A DNA stretch of 64,000 bases from an uncultured bacterium. GTDB lineage: Bacteria > Planctomycetota > Uabimicrobiia > Uabimicrobiales > JABWCH01. Shown piece after piece: positions 18,779 to 28,681 of the stretch. A program made the translations under genes and the position numbers. The notes beneath the pieces were generated by a model that was given only the letters and a program-made list of their open reading frames with translations, ran no database searches and had not been told where the DNA came from. The stretch spans positions 6,105 to 70,104 of the forward strand of contig CALKWO010000337.1 of the NCBI GenBank assembly GCA_938003875.1, written 5' to 3'. The stretch's first letter is position 1. Each line of letters opens with the position of its first letter.

Positions 18779-20182
18779 ATGAAACGAAAAAATAGCACAT
18801 CTTCAAAAGATACAACTTCCTCTCATCCCAAGGCTCTACATAAAGAAAAATATTTATGCGTAGCAAAAGAAGCATTGAAAAATTTGATTTATAGCAAAAC
18901 TATATCCCTTACAGCCAGGGAGATTCTATCCCAAATTGCTTCTCTTTTATTAAAGGGATATTCCATCCAGGAAGTTTTTTCTAAAAATACCATCTCAGAG
19001 CATGCCAGAGGCAGTATCCATATCTATAACCTTTCCAATCCTATGAAAATTTTTTGGCTTGCTGTTATGCCAGAAAAAATGCTCTCGGATAATTTTTTTC
19101 CTCAACAAAAGTTGCAGGAAAAAGAATGGATACAGCTATGGGCAGAGTTAGGAAATTTACAAAATTTTGCAGAACAATACACTCTGTGTAATATAGATCG
19201 CTATATAGAAGCGAAGGCATCCGAAAATTATCTGGAAACTCTCTTGATTCTCGTAAGCCACAATTTTCATACACTACCTCACTGCACATTAAATTTATAT
19301 AAACAGCCAGGCATTTTTACAGACGCGCTTGTTTCCTTATATTCTCAGATGGATAAAGAGAACAAAAGAGGTTTTCTGCCAGCAGTTTTAATTCCTCTAG
19401 CAAAAGAATCTTTTGAAAAAGAAAAGGAAAAAACTCTGGAAAAAATATGCCATCTGGCTTTGATTACGCATAAAGTCAGCTTCCAAAATCATAGAGAAGA
19501 AGTTCCTGAAATGCATCCCTGGTCTTTAGGAAGCATCTGCCTCAATCTTGTCCAGGCAGCATATAAGGCAGGGGAGGGTAATCTGAATGTTTTTTGGCAA
19601 GAAGTACGGGAAAGCTTCTCTTTCGCAGTCAGAGCACATCTGGATCAAAAACGATTTATGCTGAATTTGATCAAAGATGGTTACATGAATTTTTTAGCAG
19701 ATTCCCCCTGGAACAAAATCTATAAAGAAAGCAATGCTGTTTTCTTTGTAGAGATATGTGGTTTAGCAGAAAGCACTTTGTTTCTCAGCAAACAAACAAT
19801 GGCAGAGGAAGAAGGATGGGAAATAGCCGTTCAGACACTTGCGTATTTATGTGAGCTTGCCAGATCCAGCTCAGCAAAGCATGGAATCAACTTGATTCTG
19901 TGTGATTTAGACAGAGATGAAAAAACAGCCCACCGATTTCTAAAGCTCGACAAAAAGCATTTTCCCTCATATTCTAACAATTTCAGCGAATATACTAAAG
20001 GGCCAAGGATGAATGCACTAACCAATCTAAACCTGAAAGAAAGAATTCAGAAAGAAGGAGAATTGCACCGCTATATTCCATCAAGAATTTTTTTAATGCC
20101 TGATATACCCAAAGAAGACCTTCCTTCATTACTCCAGTATGCCTATGAAGAAACCCATGCCTTTGAAATCAGCATTGTCTGA
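18779..20182 (+). CDS. Degenerate anaerobic ribonucleotide reductase (NrdD)-like core protein lacking the glycyl-radical domain
   Basis: HARGSIHIYNL, LGSICLNLVQAAY, EICGLAE, YTKG and ERIQKEGELH align by eye to NrdD motifs. No C-terminal Zn ribbon or RxxGY. Confidence 0.6.
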   Translation: MKRKNSTSSKDTTSSHPKALHKEKYLCVAKEALKNLIYSKTISLTAREILSQIASLLLKGYSIQEVFSKNTISEHARGSIHIYNLSNPMKIFWLAVMPEKMLSDNFFPQQKLQEKEWIQLWAELGNLQNFAEQYTLCNIDRYIEAKASENYLETLLILVSHNFHTLPHCTLNLYKQPGIFTDALVSLYSQMDKENKRGFLPAVLIPLAKESFEKEKEKTLEKICHLALITHKVSFQNHREEVPEMHPWSLGSICLNLVQAAYKAGEGNLNVFWQEVRESFSFAVRAHLDQKRFMLNLIKDGYMNFLADSPWNKIYKESNAVFFVEICGLAESTLFLSKQTMAEEEGWEIAVQTLAYLCELARSSSAKHGINLILCDLDRDEKTAHRFLKLDKKHFPSYSNNFSEYTKGPRMNALTNLNLKERIQKEGELHRYIPSRIFLMPDIPKEDLPSLLQYAYEETHAFEISIV

Positions 20183-20206
20183 GATAGCAGATCCTGCGGC
20201 AAAAGT

Positions 20207-20282
20207 CAAAGACGCAGGGATTGCGCTGAAGGTCGTCTTCTCCAAATAGATGGTCATTTTCGGCGCAACCCTGAGGCCACAA
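20207..20282. repeat. REP-like family A, loop type 2
   Basis: caaagaCGCAGGGaTTGCGCtg-aaggtcgtc...tcattttc-gGCGCAACCCTGAGgccacaa. Similar to 52674-52749. Lies between convergent genes. Confidence 0.88.
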
Positions 20283-20288
20283 TACAAT

Positions 20289-21428
20289 CTACTCAGAACC
20301 TGCCTGGTATTGTGCCAGGAAATCCTGTCTGAATTCTTTGAAATTACCTTCCTGTATCGATTTGCGAATGGCGGCCATGAGATCCTGATAGAATGTGAGA
20401 TTATGCAAAGTAAGCATTACCATTCCCATAATCTCTTCCACTGTTTTGGAGAAAAGATGGTGGAGATAGGCGCGGCTGAAAGTCCTGCAACAATAGCACT
20501 GGCAGCGGGGCTCTATGGGCATCAGGCTATCTCTGTGATGAGAGTTGCGGATTTGTAATTTTCCTTTCCATGTGAAAGCACCGCCGCTTCTGGCATTGCG
20601 CGTAGGCATTACACAATCGAACATATCGGTTCCCAGGCTTACAGCATTGATGATATCTTCTGGTGTACCTACACCCATAAGATAGCGTGGTTTTTCGAGA
20701 GGCAAAAAGGTATTGACGATCTCAAGCATATCGAACATGTCTTTTTTGGATTCCCCTACGGCTAAACCGCCAATGGAATAGCCTGGCATATCCAGATCCG
20801 TCATGGCTTTAGCACACCATTCCCGAAGATCAGCATAGACACAACCCTGGACAATACCAAACAATACCTGGTTTTCATCCAGAGGCATGGCTTTCGATCT
20901 TTTAAGCCATGCAAGGCTTCTCTTCACAGCTTCTTCTGCCTTATCGTGGCTTGCTTTACCATCAACACAATGATCCAGAGGCATCATAATGTCAGAACCC
21001 AGGCATTGCTGTATCTCGATTACCTTTTCTGGCGTGAATTCATAAAGATCACCATTCACATGAGAACGGAACACAACCCCTTGATCAGAAATTTTGCGAA
21101 GATCCGCAAGGGATAAAACCTGAAATCCACCGCTATCTGTGAGAATCGCTCCATCCCATGCCATGAATTTATGCAGCTTGCCCAGTTGCTCGATATATTT
21201 TTCGCCAGGCCTCACTGCCAGATGGTAGGTATTTCCTAGAATGATTTTCGCCCCTGTATCCTTGATATTCTGAGGGGTCATGGTCTTTACGACAGCCCTT
21301 GTGCCAACGGGCATGAATACGGGTGTAGGAAAACCGCCATGAGCGGTTTCTATTCTTCCCATGCGTGCTTTGGTTCCTGATTGGTCAAAGCATTCTATTG
21401 TAAATTGAAATTTTTTTTTATCCATCAT
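20289..21428 (-). CDS. tgt: Queuine tRNA-ribosyltransferase
   Basis: TPVFMPVGT, ILGNTYHL, TDSGGFQ, GIVQG, GGLAVGE, DMFDCVMPTR, CQCYC Zn site. Confidence 0.97.
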   Translation of the reverse strand: MMDKKKFQFTIECFDQSGTKARMGRIETAHGGFPTPVFMPVGTRAVVKTMTPQNIKDTGAKIILGNTYHLAVRPGEKYIEQLGKLHKFMAWDGAILTDSGGFQVLSLADLRKISDQGVVFRSHVNGDLYEFTPEKVIEIQQCLGSDIMMPLDHCVDGKASHDKAEEAVKRSLAWLKRSKAMPLDENQVLFGIVQGCVYADLREWCAKAMTDLDMPGYSIGGLAVGESKKDMFDMLEIVNTFLPLEKPRYLMGVGTPEDIINAVSLGTDMFDCVMPTRNARSGGAFTWKGKLQIRNSHHRDSLMPIEPRCQCYCCRTFSRAYLHHLFSKTVEEIMGMVMLTLHNLTFYQDLMAAIRKSIQEGNFKEFRQDFLAQYQAGSE

Positions 21429-22098
21429 CGCCTAAGTCTCGTTTTAAAGTTTCCAATTCTTCCTTGGTTAATTTTTCCTGTAGTTGTTTTTTTAAGCGGG
21501 CTATTTCTTTTTCATAGCCATCTTTTTCTTTTTTCCAGGCAGATTCTTTTTCAGAAAATTCTTTGACTTTAGCCTCCAGTTCAAGAATTTTCCATTCTGC
21601 CTTTGTCAAAGATTTGTTCAATTCCTGGATATTTTCCTGCTGCTTTTGAGATTGCTGCTGCAAGAGCATTTCTTCTTTCTGCTTTGCCAGTATTTTTTGC
21701 TCATAGTCTTTTTGCACCTTGAGCAAAAAGCTCAAAAGCTCTTTATATCCATCCTGTCCCTGGTCATAGAGCTTCTGGAAATGGCTATGGTAGTTTTCTT
21801 GCATATTCTTAGACTGCTCTATGAATTTTTGAGAAATGTCTTTTTTGTATATATCCAGCTCGTTGGATAGATTTTTTTCCACACGCTCCATTGGTCGGAA
21901 AAAATAGTATACAAGGCTACCCACTCCAGCAAGAAGAAACAAGAGAAAGACGATCATGCCCAGAATCGTCTTTAAAAAAAAGAGATTCTGCTGCCTGGAT
22001 ATAGTATGAAGAACGGCAATCTGTCCCTCTTGTATCATCTCTTTTGTGGAATTATAAACAAGCCCATTAGCAGAAGTTTCTGATGTAGACAATTGCAT
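21418..22098 (-). CDS. Single-TM coiled-coil hypothetical protein
   Basis: Hydrophobic segment followed by Q/E/K-rich heptads; overlaps the tgt start. Confidence 0.7.
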   Translation of the reverse strand: MQLSTSETSANGLVYNSTKEMIQEGQIAVLHTISRQQNLFFLKTILGMIVFLLFLLAGVGSLVYYFFRPMERVEKNLSNELDIYKKDISQKFIEQSKNMQENYHSHFQKLYDQGQDGYKELLSFLLKVQKDYEQKILAKQKEEMLLQQQSQKQQENIQELNKSLTKAEWKILELEAKVKEFSEKESAWKKEKDGYEKEIARLKKQLQEKLTKEELETLKRDLGDDG

Positions 22099-22131
22099 AA
22101 TTTCCTGGTTGTTAAAGTTATTTCATGTTTC

Positions 22132-22156
22132 TGGCCTAAAAGGCCTATAGATACTA
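22132..22156 (-). repeat. REP-like family C fragment
   Basis: Reverse complement tagtatctataggccttttaggcca matches 28823-28847 (tggtatatataggcctttcaggcca). Confidence 0.6.
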
Positions 22157-23308
22157 AGACACAATATGCTTCATGATTTCTTGCAATTTTTTGAAATCAG
22201 GGGTTCGGAAAATATATTTATATCGTCCCATAGCCTGTTGAAAAAGCAAAGGATTTTCTTCATTTTGCAGCAAATTTTCTTTGTAGTTATGTATAATCTG
22301 TTCATGGCTATAGAGGTATGTACGATCTCTTCTTCCTACATAGCCACAATAGTATTTTTTTTCCTGGGGTAATGAAACATGTCTGCCAAGAGCTACATCA
22401 CTATAGGCTTTGTAAAGGTCGGCATCCACACTATAGTTCATCATATCCAGAATAGGGCCGCCTGGGGGACGAACGTTGATTTCTAAAGGAATATAGGCAT
22501 TGGGCAGTTGAAAGAATTCCAGATGGAAAAACTTTCGTTTTATCTGGAATAGAGATACAAGGCATTTTCCTAATTCTTTTAAAGCTAAGGGAATTTCTCG
22601 TGTTACAAAGAAAGAAGGATCATCTCCCTGAACACAGTCCAGGACTCCCTGGCTATAGACTAAAGAGTTTTCAAAAACGATTTGCCCTGTTCTATCTGTC
22701 AACCCATCATAAGAAACAATCGGGGCAGAGACAAATTCTTCCAAAAGGAAACTGCCAGAAAGAGAATGCCATCTAGCACTGAGTTCTTTTTCGTTGTGTA
22801 TGTTGTAAGTTGACTGTGCTCCAACTCCTTCATCGGGCTTGAGAATAACGGGATAGCCATATTGAGAGATAAGAGAGAGAGCATGAGAATAGCTTGTTAC
22901 GACTTCTCCTCTGGCTACAGGAATACCATTTTCCTGCATTCGTCTTTTCATGGCCGACTTTTTTTTCCAAAAAGTAATCTCTTTGGGGCGGATCCCTTCT
23001 AAGTCATAGAATTCATTAATTTTGCTTTCCAGTCTGAGCCAATGCTCATTATGAGACTCTACAAGAGAGAAGCCTTCTGTCTTGAGATCTTCTCTTTGCA
23101 TTTTCATGGATTCTAGGCTGGAAACAACTGCGTCCCAATTGGATAGCTTCGTCTGTTTATACCATTGAAGACATGATCTAAGATCAGCAGGCATACTAAA
23201 AAAATCGGCCTCACCTATTCCCCATACTTTTACGCCCGCTTCAGCAAGCCTTAGTATGAATGTTTTAAAATTAGGAGGAAAATCTGGGGAAATGTATAAA
23301 AGGTTCAT
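22154..23308 (-). CDS. ATP-grasp domain protein (carboxylate-amine ligase-like)
   Basis: ISPDFPPNF, ESHNEHWL, GYPVILKPDEGVGA, EEFV, HLEFF, EINVRPPGG. Confidence 0.85.
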   Translation of the reverse strand: MNLLYISPDFPPNFKTFILRLAEAGVKVWGIGEADFFSMPADLRSCLQWYKQTKLSNWDAVVSSLESMKMQREDLKTEGFSLVESHNEHWLRLESKINEFYDLEGIRPKEITFWKKKSAMKRRMQENGIPVARGEVVTSYSHALSLISQYGYPVILKPDEGVGAQSTYNIHNEKELSARWHSLSGSFLLEEFVSAPIVSYDGLTDRTGQIVFENSLVYSQGVLDCVQGDDPSFFVTREIPLALKELGKCLVSLFQIKRKFFHLEFFQLPNAYIPLEINVRPPGGPILDMMNYSVDADLYKAYSDVALGRHVSLPQEKKYYCGYVGRRDRTYLYSHEQIIHNYKENLLQNEENPLLFQQAMGRYKYIFRTPDFKKLQEIMKHIVS

Positions 23309-24948
23309 GATGTTTTTGCTTCACTTTCATTACCAGGGTTTTGCTTTTTATACCATTCAAGAAAAAGATTATCGAAATACTTCTCGTCTTGTAACATTTC
23401 CTTTGTAACAGGGAAAGTCCCTTTGAAATTCATATAATTTAGGGCAGATGCACCCTGAAGCATTTTTTTTAGCATAGTGGGAATAGGCATATTGTTTTTT
23501 TGTGCTTCTTCCTCTATATATGCTTGTGCATTTTCGTCTAAAATAAGCTCGATTTCATATTCTTTCTTAAAGCTTTCAATGAAATCAACAAAGGGTGATT
23601 TCTCTAATAGTTTGAGCAGCATGTCCTGAGGCTGTTCGCAAAGCTTACGATCAATGGTGAGCCTTGTAAAATTCGAGCCTGGCAAAGTAAACTGAAAATC
23701 GGTTAAGATGGTTTCCCATATACTGACGAGAGCACGTGCTCCAGTCTTTTTATTTTCTGCTTTTTCTGCAACATATTCTATGGCATCGGACTGGATATCA
23801 ATATGAATTCCGAAGAGTTCAAATTCTATTTTATATTGGGAAAGAATAGAATCTTCGGTATCCTGCATGATTCTGATCAAATCATTTTTAGAAAGGACAT
23901 TAACGAAAGAACGGATAGGAGCCCGTCCTACAAGCTCTGGCAAAAGACCAAATTTTATATAATCGCCAGCAACAGCTTCTTTGATATAGTTTTTGTATTC
24001 TTTTTGAAACAAATAGCTTTGCTTAAAATTAAAACCTGTAATTTTAGCTTTTTCATCATCTTCTTCACCTTTTTCTTCATTTTCCAACCGTTTTTTCACG
24101 ATGGCTTCCAGGCTATGTCCTAGCATCCTTTCAAAGGAACCGCCCAAGATAAAAAGAATGTTTTCTGTTGTGATCATTTTTTCTTTTTTATCTGTCTTTC
24201 CTTGAGTCTGCAATTCCATAGCTTCCTGGAATTGAGAAACGGGAGAATAAGGGTTATCAATATAAACGGATTTACGTTCAATAAGCTTTAACACAGATCG
24301 CTGAAAGCCTTCCCTGGAAATATCCTGACCGATATGTGCTCCATCTCTTGCTTTTTTATCGATTTCATCGATGAAAATGATTCCACCATTGTGAGCTATG
24401 AATTCGGCCTGCTCTTTTCTGTTGCTTCCAGGTGCCATATCAATCAGCTCTCTCACCATATCTTCAGAATTTTTGCCGACATAGCCTACTTCTGTATAAT
24501 CTGTAGCGTCTACAATCAATGTCGGTACCTGGAGAAAATCGCCCAGGACTTCTATAGCATAGGTTTTTCCGCTTCCTGATGGGCCTGCAATCAAGGTATT
24601 TTTTTTCCTGAACCGTTTTACCTGTGTTTGCTCAGGATTTTCTCCAAGATATTTGATCATTCCAAAATGGTAAGCAGCAGCAATGCTGATTCTCTTTTTG
24701 TATTCTTCCTGTCCAATCACATATTTGTCCAGGTGAGCCTTGATTTCCTTTGGTGTAAAAAGCCTGATTTCAAAATTCGTTTCTTTTTTAGGCTTTTTCC
24801 CCAGGTTACGTATCAATTCTTTTTCAAAAATAGAATTGGCTGTATCAGAAGCAGAGATATATGCTTTGGTTGCTTCTTCTTGCGAGCAGCCATACTCTTT
24901 CATGATTCTATCTATCTCTGTTTTAGGAATTGAAATTTTCATATCCAT
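23305..24948 (-). CDS. clpX: ClpX-like AAA+ unfoldase lacking the N-terminal C4 zinc-binding domain, with C-terminal extension
   Basis: TPKEIKAHLDKYVIGQ, GPSGSGKT, DAT..TEVGYVG, IFIDEIDK, PELVGR, TGARAL. Confidence 0.75.
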   Translation of the reverse strand: MDMKISIPKTEIDRIMKEYGCSQEEATKAYISASDTANSIFEKELIRNLGKKPKKETNFEIRLFTPKEIKAHLDKYVIGQEEYKKRISIAAAYHFGMIKYLGENPEQTQVKRFRKKNTLIAGPSGSGKTYAIEVLGDFLQVPTLIVDATDYTEVGYVGKNSEDMVRELIDMAPGSNRKEQAEFIAHNGGIIFIDEIDKKARDGAHIGQDISREGFQRSVLKLIERKSVYIDNPYSPVSQFQEAMELQTQGKTDKKEKMITTENILFILGGSFERMLGHSLEAIVKKRLENEEKGEEDDEKAKITGFNFKQSYLFQKEYKNYIKEAVAGDYIKFGLLPELVGRAPIRSFVNVLSKNDLIRIMQDTEDSILSQYKIEFELFGIHIDIQSDAIEYVAEKAENKKTGARALVSIWETILTDFQFTLPGSNFTRLTIDRKLCEQPQDMLLKLLEKSPFVDFIESFKKEYEIELILDENAQAYIEEEAQKNNMPIPTMLKKMLQGASALNYMNFKGTFPVTKEMLQDEKYFDNLFLEWYKKQNPGNESEAKTS

Positions 24949-26542
24949 CCTTTTGGTTTATAAAATTTTCCAGCTTTGCTTTATTGCGAGAAGAAAGAAA
25001 AGGGAGTAAAAGAGGAGAAAAATTTTCTATCCACTTGGCTATTTCTGCCTCATTAGGAAAAATATTCTTTGCATCCAGCAATGCATCAAAGGCTGGTTTG
25101 TATTGAGATTGGTTTAGCAATATGTTGATTTCCTCGTAATAGTATTCTAAAAGCATATTTCGGGTACTCATGTCTTGCGAGTCTTTAGAAAAAAGATATT
25201 GTAGCACAGGCAATAAAAATTTTTTATGGCAATGAGATCGTATAGAATTATATTCTGCATTATATCGCTCATAAAACTGGCAGCTTACAGACACTACAAC
25301 TTCTTTAAGAAAGCTTTCTCTTATCTTCTGGACAGTGTCGGGCGGAAATTTTTTTTCAAAAAGCCTTTCTCCCCTTTGTTGTGCAGCATTCCAAAAAGTA
25401 TCTTCTTGAATGAATAAAAGACAATTCTGTATTGCTTTTTTCCATAAAGGATCAGCCTTTCCATAGTTCCTCTTTTGCGATTCCCACTCGATTGCCTCTC
25501 TGTGCTGCCTTAGGGCGATATCATGAATCGCCAGATATTTTTTAGGAGCAAGGCCTTTCCAACAAAGAGTTAGCTCTTCATTTTTGATTTCATAATGCAG
25601 CCGATTTACAGGATGGCTCAAAGTATCCTTGATGATCTGGGCTTTCTGAAATTTTTCATCGTATCTTTTGCATTCGGATTGTATCTTGCGGCAGGAATCT
25701 TTGATTTCCTGTAAAGAACAATTGTATGGTAGCCCAAGAAAGGAAAAAAAGTTTTCTTCCGAGTAAGGAATTTGTATATGCCATACTTCCAAAGCGGGAG
25801 TCTCTGTCTCCTTTATAGAAGAATCTTTTTTATCAGGAAAAGGAACTAGAATTTCTTTGCTACATCGGAAGCAAACGATTTTTTCTTTTACCCGATAGGA
25901 TTCGACAAGATGAGATTGACCGCAGGAGCATTTGAAGTGTATTGGGCCAGAAAAAGAAAATTTTTCTTCTGGCTTTATACTTTTTGGGTCTTTTTCCAAA
26001 AGCGTTATATCAGAAGTTTCCCGACTCCCATTTTCCCCTGTTTCCTGCTTTATGGATTCCAGAACAGTTAGAATTCGGGAACACTTGGGACAACGGCCTC
26101 TTTTTCCTAGATATTCTTTAGGAGCTGTGAGTATCTTTCCGCAAGGACAGGCAATCCGAACCATGTTGTCAGGAATGCCTACCTTGACTCGTTTATTTCT
26201 TTCTTCTTTGTCTGAGTCCGAAGAAGAAAAAGGAACCTGCAATCCCTTTCCACACCCAGGACAACGCCCCATTTTTCCTTCGTCTTTTTTTGTTGCAGTG
26301 AGGAGCTTACCGCAAAGGCAATGGATTAAAATATATTGAGAAGGTACGCCTACCTGATAGATCGCCCCACAGGTCTGGCACTTTACATGCCCTTTCTTCA
26401 TGTCGGGTGGAAGGCTAAAGCTTTTCTGGCATCCTTTGCATAAGACTTTTTTCCCCTGGGAACGCCTGTAAGCTTCCAGAATCTTCCCTAAGTGAAGAAC
26501 TTGAGTAGAAAGTAAAGGGTCGTATTTCTCTTGATTATGCAT
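24923..26542 (-). CDS. Multi-Zn-ribbon protein with J-domain-like and TPR-like regions
   Basis: Four Cys4 ribbons (CKGC/CQTC, CLCG/CPGC, CPCG/CPKC, CSCG/CFRC); NFFSFLGL...EIK...TLSHPVNRLHYE is J-like but has no HPD. Confidence 0.65.
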   Translation of the reverse strand: MHNQEKYDPLLSTQVLHLGKILEAYRRSQGKKVLCKGCQKSFSLPPDMKKGHVKCQTCGAIYQVGVPSQYILIHCLCGKLLTATKKDEGKMGRCPGCGKGLQVPFSSSDSDKEERNKRVKVGIPDNMVRIACPCGKILTAPKEYLGKRGRCPKCSRILTVLESIKQETGENGSRETSDITLLEKDPKSIKPEEKFSFSGPIHFKCSCGQSHLVESYRVKEKIVCFRCSKEILVPFPDKKDSSIKETETPALEVWHIQIPYSEENFFSFLGLPYNCSLQEIKDSCRKIQSECKRYDEKFQKAQIIKDTLSHPVNRLHYEIKNEELTLCWKGLAPKKYLAIHDIALRQHREAIEWESQKRNYGKADPLWKKAIQNCLLFIQEDTFWNAAQQRGERLFEKKFPPDTVQKIRESFLKEVVVSVSCQFYERYNAEYNSIRSHCHKKFLLPVLQYLFSKDSQDMSTRNMLLEYYYEEINILLNQSQYKPAFDALLDAKNIFPNEAEIAKWIENFSPLLLPFLSSRNKAKLENFINQKDGYENFNS

Positions 26543-26557
26543 AATGGTGCAATTCTG

Positions 26558-27148
26558 TTAAATGAAATATTGATTGAAAATACGAATGATTTCGCCTTCT
26601 TTTTTTGCCATAAGCAACTTTTCTTTTACATCTGTTTTTAGCAATGCAGATGCAATCGATTTGTATATTTTTAAATATAGTGCATCATTATAATTAGGTG
26701 CTGTCATACCGATAAAAATATAGACCTTTTCGTTGTCGGGAGCATCCAGATCTACACCATGTCGGCATATACCAAAAGCCATGACAAGATCTTTGCATTG
26801 CAAGGAACGTACATGAGGTATAGCGATGCCTTCACCTATAGCGCAAGATGCCTTCCCATGATTTAATATCAGAAGATTGCCTAGCTTGGTGCAGTTGCTA
26901 ATTTTGTCAGAATCATATAAGAGATCTGCCATTCTCTGCAAGACTGCCTCTGTGAGAATTCGTTTTGTTTCTTTCTCGATTACGCCCATTTTAGGCTTTT
27001 CTTCTAATGCTTTGATTCTTTTTGTCTCTCGCCTTGACATCGGCTTTACCACTACTATTTCAGGCTCTTCGGGTTCTTCTGGAATATATTCCGAAAAGTC
27101 CATATCAAGATCAATGCTTTTTTCTGATAGATATTGCGCAAAATTCAT
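26558..27148 (-). CDS. PTS EIIA (Ntr/fructose-type) domain protein with N-terminal extension
   Basis: AIGEGIAIPH phospho-His motif; DAPD..V.IFI; AGGAGG RBS. Confidence 0.85.
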   Translation of the reverse strand: MNFAQYLSEKSIDLDMDFSEYIPEEPEEPEIVVVKPMSRRETKRIKALEEKPKMGVIEKETKRILTEAVLQRMADLLYDSDKISNCTKLGNLLILNHGKASCAIGEGIAIPHVRSLQCKDLVMAFGICRHGVDLDAPDNEKVYIFIGMTAPNYNDALYLKIYKSIASALLKTDVKEKLLMAKKEGEIIRIFNQYFI

Positions 27149-27174
27149 ACTTTTCCTCCTGATGATCCATTTCT

Positions 27175-27205
27175 CAGAGCAACGCCCTGGCTAGTATACA
27201 TAGGC
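27175..27205. repeat. REP-like family C copy
   Basis: cagagcaacgccctggctagtatacataggc, similar to 28805-28836. Confidence 0.7.
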
Positions 27206-27214
27206 ACAATAATA

Positions 27215-28672
27215 CTAATCTGTATTTTTTTCTTCTTCACTCAAGGCGCAGCGAAAGCCTACTGCTTCTAGTCGGACACTCTGGAGTAAAGGGTAGCGAT
27301 TGCTACATCGCAAAGCTTCGCTTCTGTAGTACCAGGAGCCTCCTCTCGCCACTCGGTAGCCTTCCCTCTCGATTAGAGGTGCCTTGCCACCTGGATAGCG
27401 TTTGTAGGCATCTTCTGTCCACTCCAATATATTGCCAGCCATATCCGCACAGCCATAAGGCGAAATACCTTTAGGAAATGTGCCTACGGCTGTTTTCTGG
27501 CGTATGCCACTTTCCAGAGAGTTGCAGAAAGACGAGCGAAAATCGTTACCCCAGGGATAGATGCGTTTATCGTTTCCTCTGGCTGCTTTCTCCCATTCTG
27601 CTTCTGTTGGCAAACGCTTTCCTGCCCAATGAGCATAGTTCCTGGCATCTTCCCAGGAAACTCCCTCTACAGGAAACTGTTCTTCCTCTGGTGGAACTAT
27701 GCTGCTATTCCATTTTTCTGGTTTTTCATAGCCTGTATTGTTGATGAAATAAGAGTATAGAAGATTTGTAACTTCAAAACGATCTATATAATAGGTATCT
27801 AAATGTACTTTATGTAAGGGATATTCGTCTTCTTCTGTCTCTCCTCCCATCCAGAAAAAACCTGAAGGTATTTTCATCATTTCCTGGGAGAGATGCGTTT
27901 GGAATGTCTTTAAAAGCTTATCCTGAACAAAACAAAACTTCTGTTTTTTTAAAAAAAGGAGTGATTTTGCTGCTCGTTTTTCCTGTAGCCAGGAAAATAC
28001 GTCTGAACCGCCTTTTTCTAAAAGAGAAAGGGAGGCACTGGCATCTTCTAGTTTTGTTCTAAAGCTTTTGCTTTGAGCAGCTAGAAAAGCATATTGAAGT
28101 AAAAAATCTTTATAGAGAGCAACAGCTTTGCTCCATTCTCCAATAAATAAATATTCTTCTACTTTTTGAAGTAAAGAATTTTCTTTTTCTTCTGCCAAAA
28201 GTATTTGACGGCAAAATTTTATTTTTGTTTGTATATTCTCTGAAGGCTTTTGCTCGTAAATTGACTGATAGGCAGCGAGTGCTTTTTCATATTTTTCAGT
28301 TTCTTCGTAGAATTTAGCTAGTTCCAGAGAATTCAGATTTTTTTTATTTTCCTGTTCTATTTTTTTTTCTAAAAGTTCTAATCTCTTTTGCAGTTCATCG
28401 TTTTTTTGGTAGATAAGAGCAATATGAAAGCATCGGATTGCCGTTACCCATTTGCCTTCAGACTGTGCTTTTTCGCCAAGAGAGAGCCATTTTTGATAGG
28501 AAGAGTTTGCTTGTTCTTTTTCTGCGAGTTTTTCTTTGGGAGGAGTGGGTTCTGATTCTACAGGATTTATACTTTCTTCTGGCAAAGGGACATCGTAAGA
28601 AACAAGACTAAAATAATAAAAAAGGCTCAATGTACAAAAAAGACAGGAAATTATCCATACATGTTTTGGCAT
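27215..28672 (-). CDS. Membrane-anchored TPR + FGE-sulfatase (SUMF1/EgtB/PvdO) domain protein
   Basis: RLPTEAEWEKAARG, YPWG, DMAGNILEW, RGGSW, GFRCA. Start moved to ATG 28672 because the longer ORF reads through the repeat. Confidence 0.85.
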   Translation of the reverse strand: MPKHVWIISCLFCTLSLFYYFSLVSYDVPLPEESINPVESEPTPPKEKLAEKEQANSSYQKWLSLGEKAQSEGKWVTAIRCFHIALIYQKNDELQKRLELLEKKIEQENKKNLNSLELAKFYEETEKYEKALAAYQSIYEQKPSENIQTKIKFCRQILLAEEKENSLLQKVEEYLFIGEWSKAVALYKDFLLQYAFLAAQSKSFRTKLEDASASLSLLEKGGSDVFSWLQEKRAAKSLLFLKKQKFCFVQDKLLKTFQTHLSQEMMKIPSGFFWMGGETEEDEYPLHKVHLDTYYIDRFEVTNLLYSYFINNTGYEKPEKWNSSIVPPEEEQFPVEGVSWEDARNYAHWAGKRLPTEAEWEKAARGNDKRIYPWGNDFRSSFCNSLESGIRQKTAVGTFPKGISPYGCADMAGNILEWTEDAYKRYPGGKAPLIEREGYRVARGGSWYYRSEALRCSNRYPLLQSVRLEAVGFRCALSEEEKNTD

Positions 28673-28681
28673 ATTTTTTTT

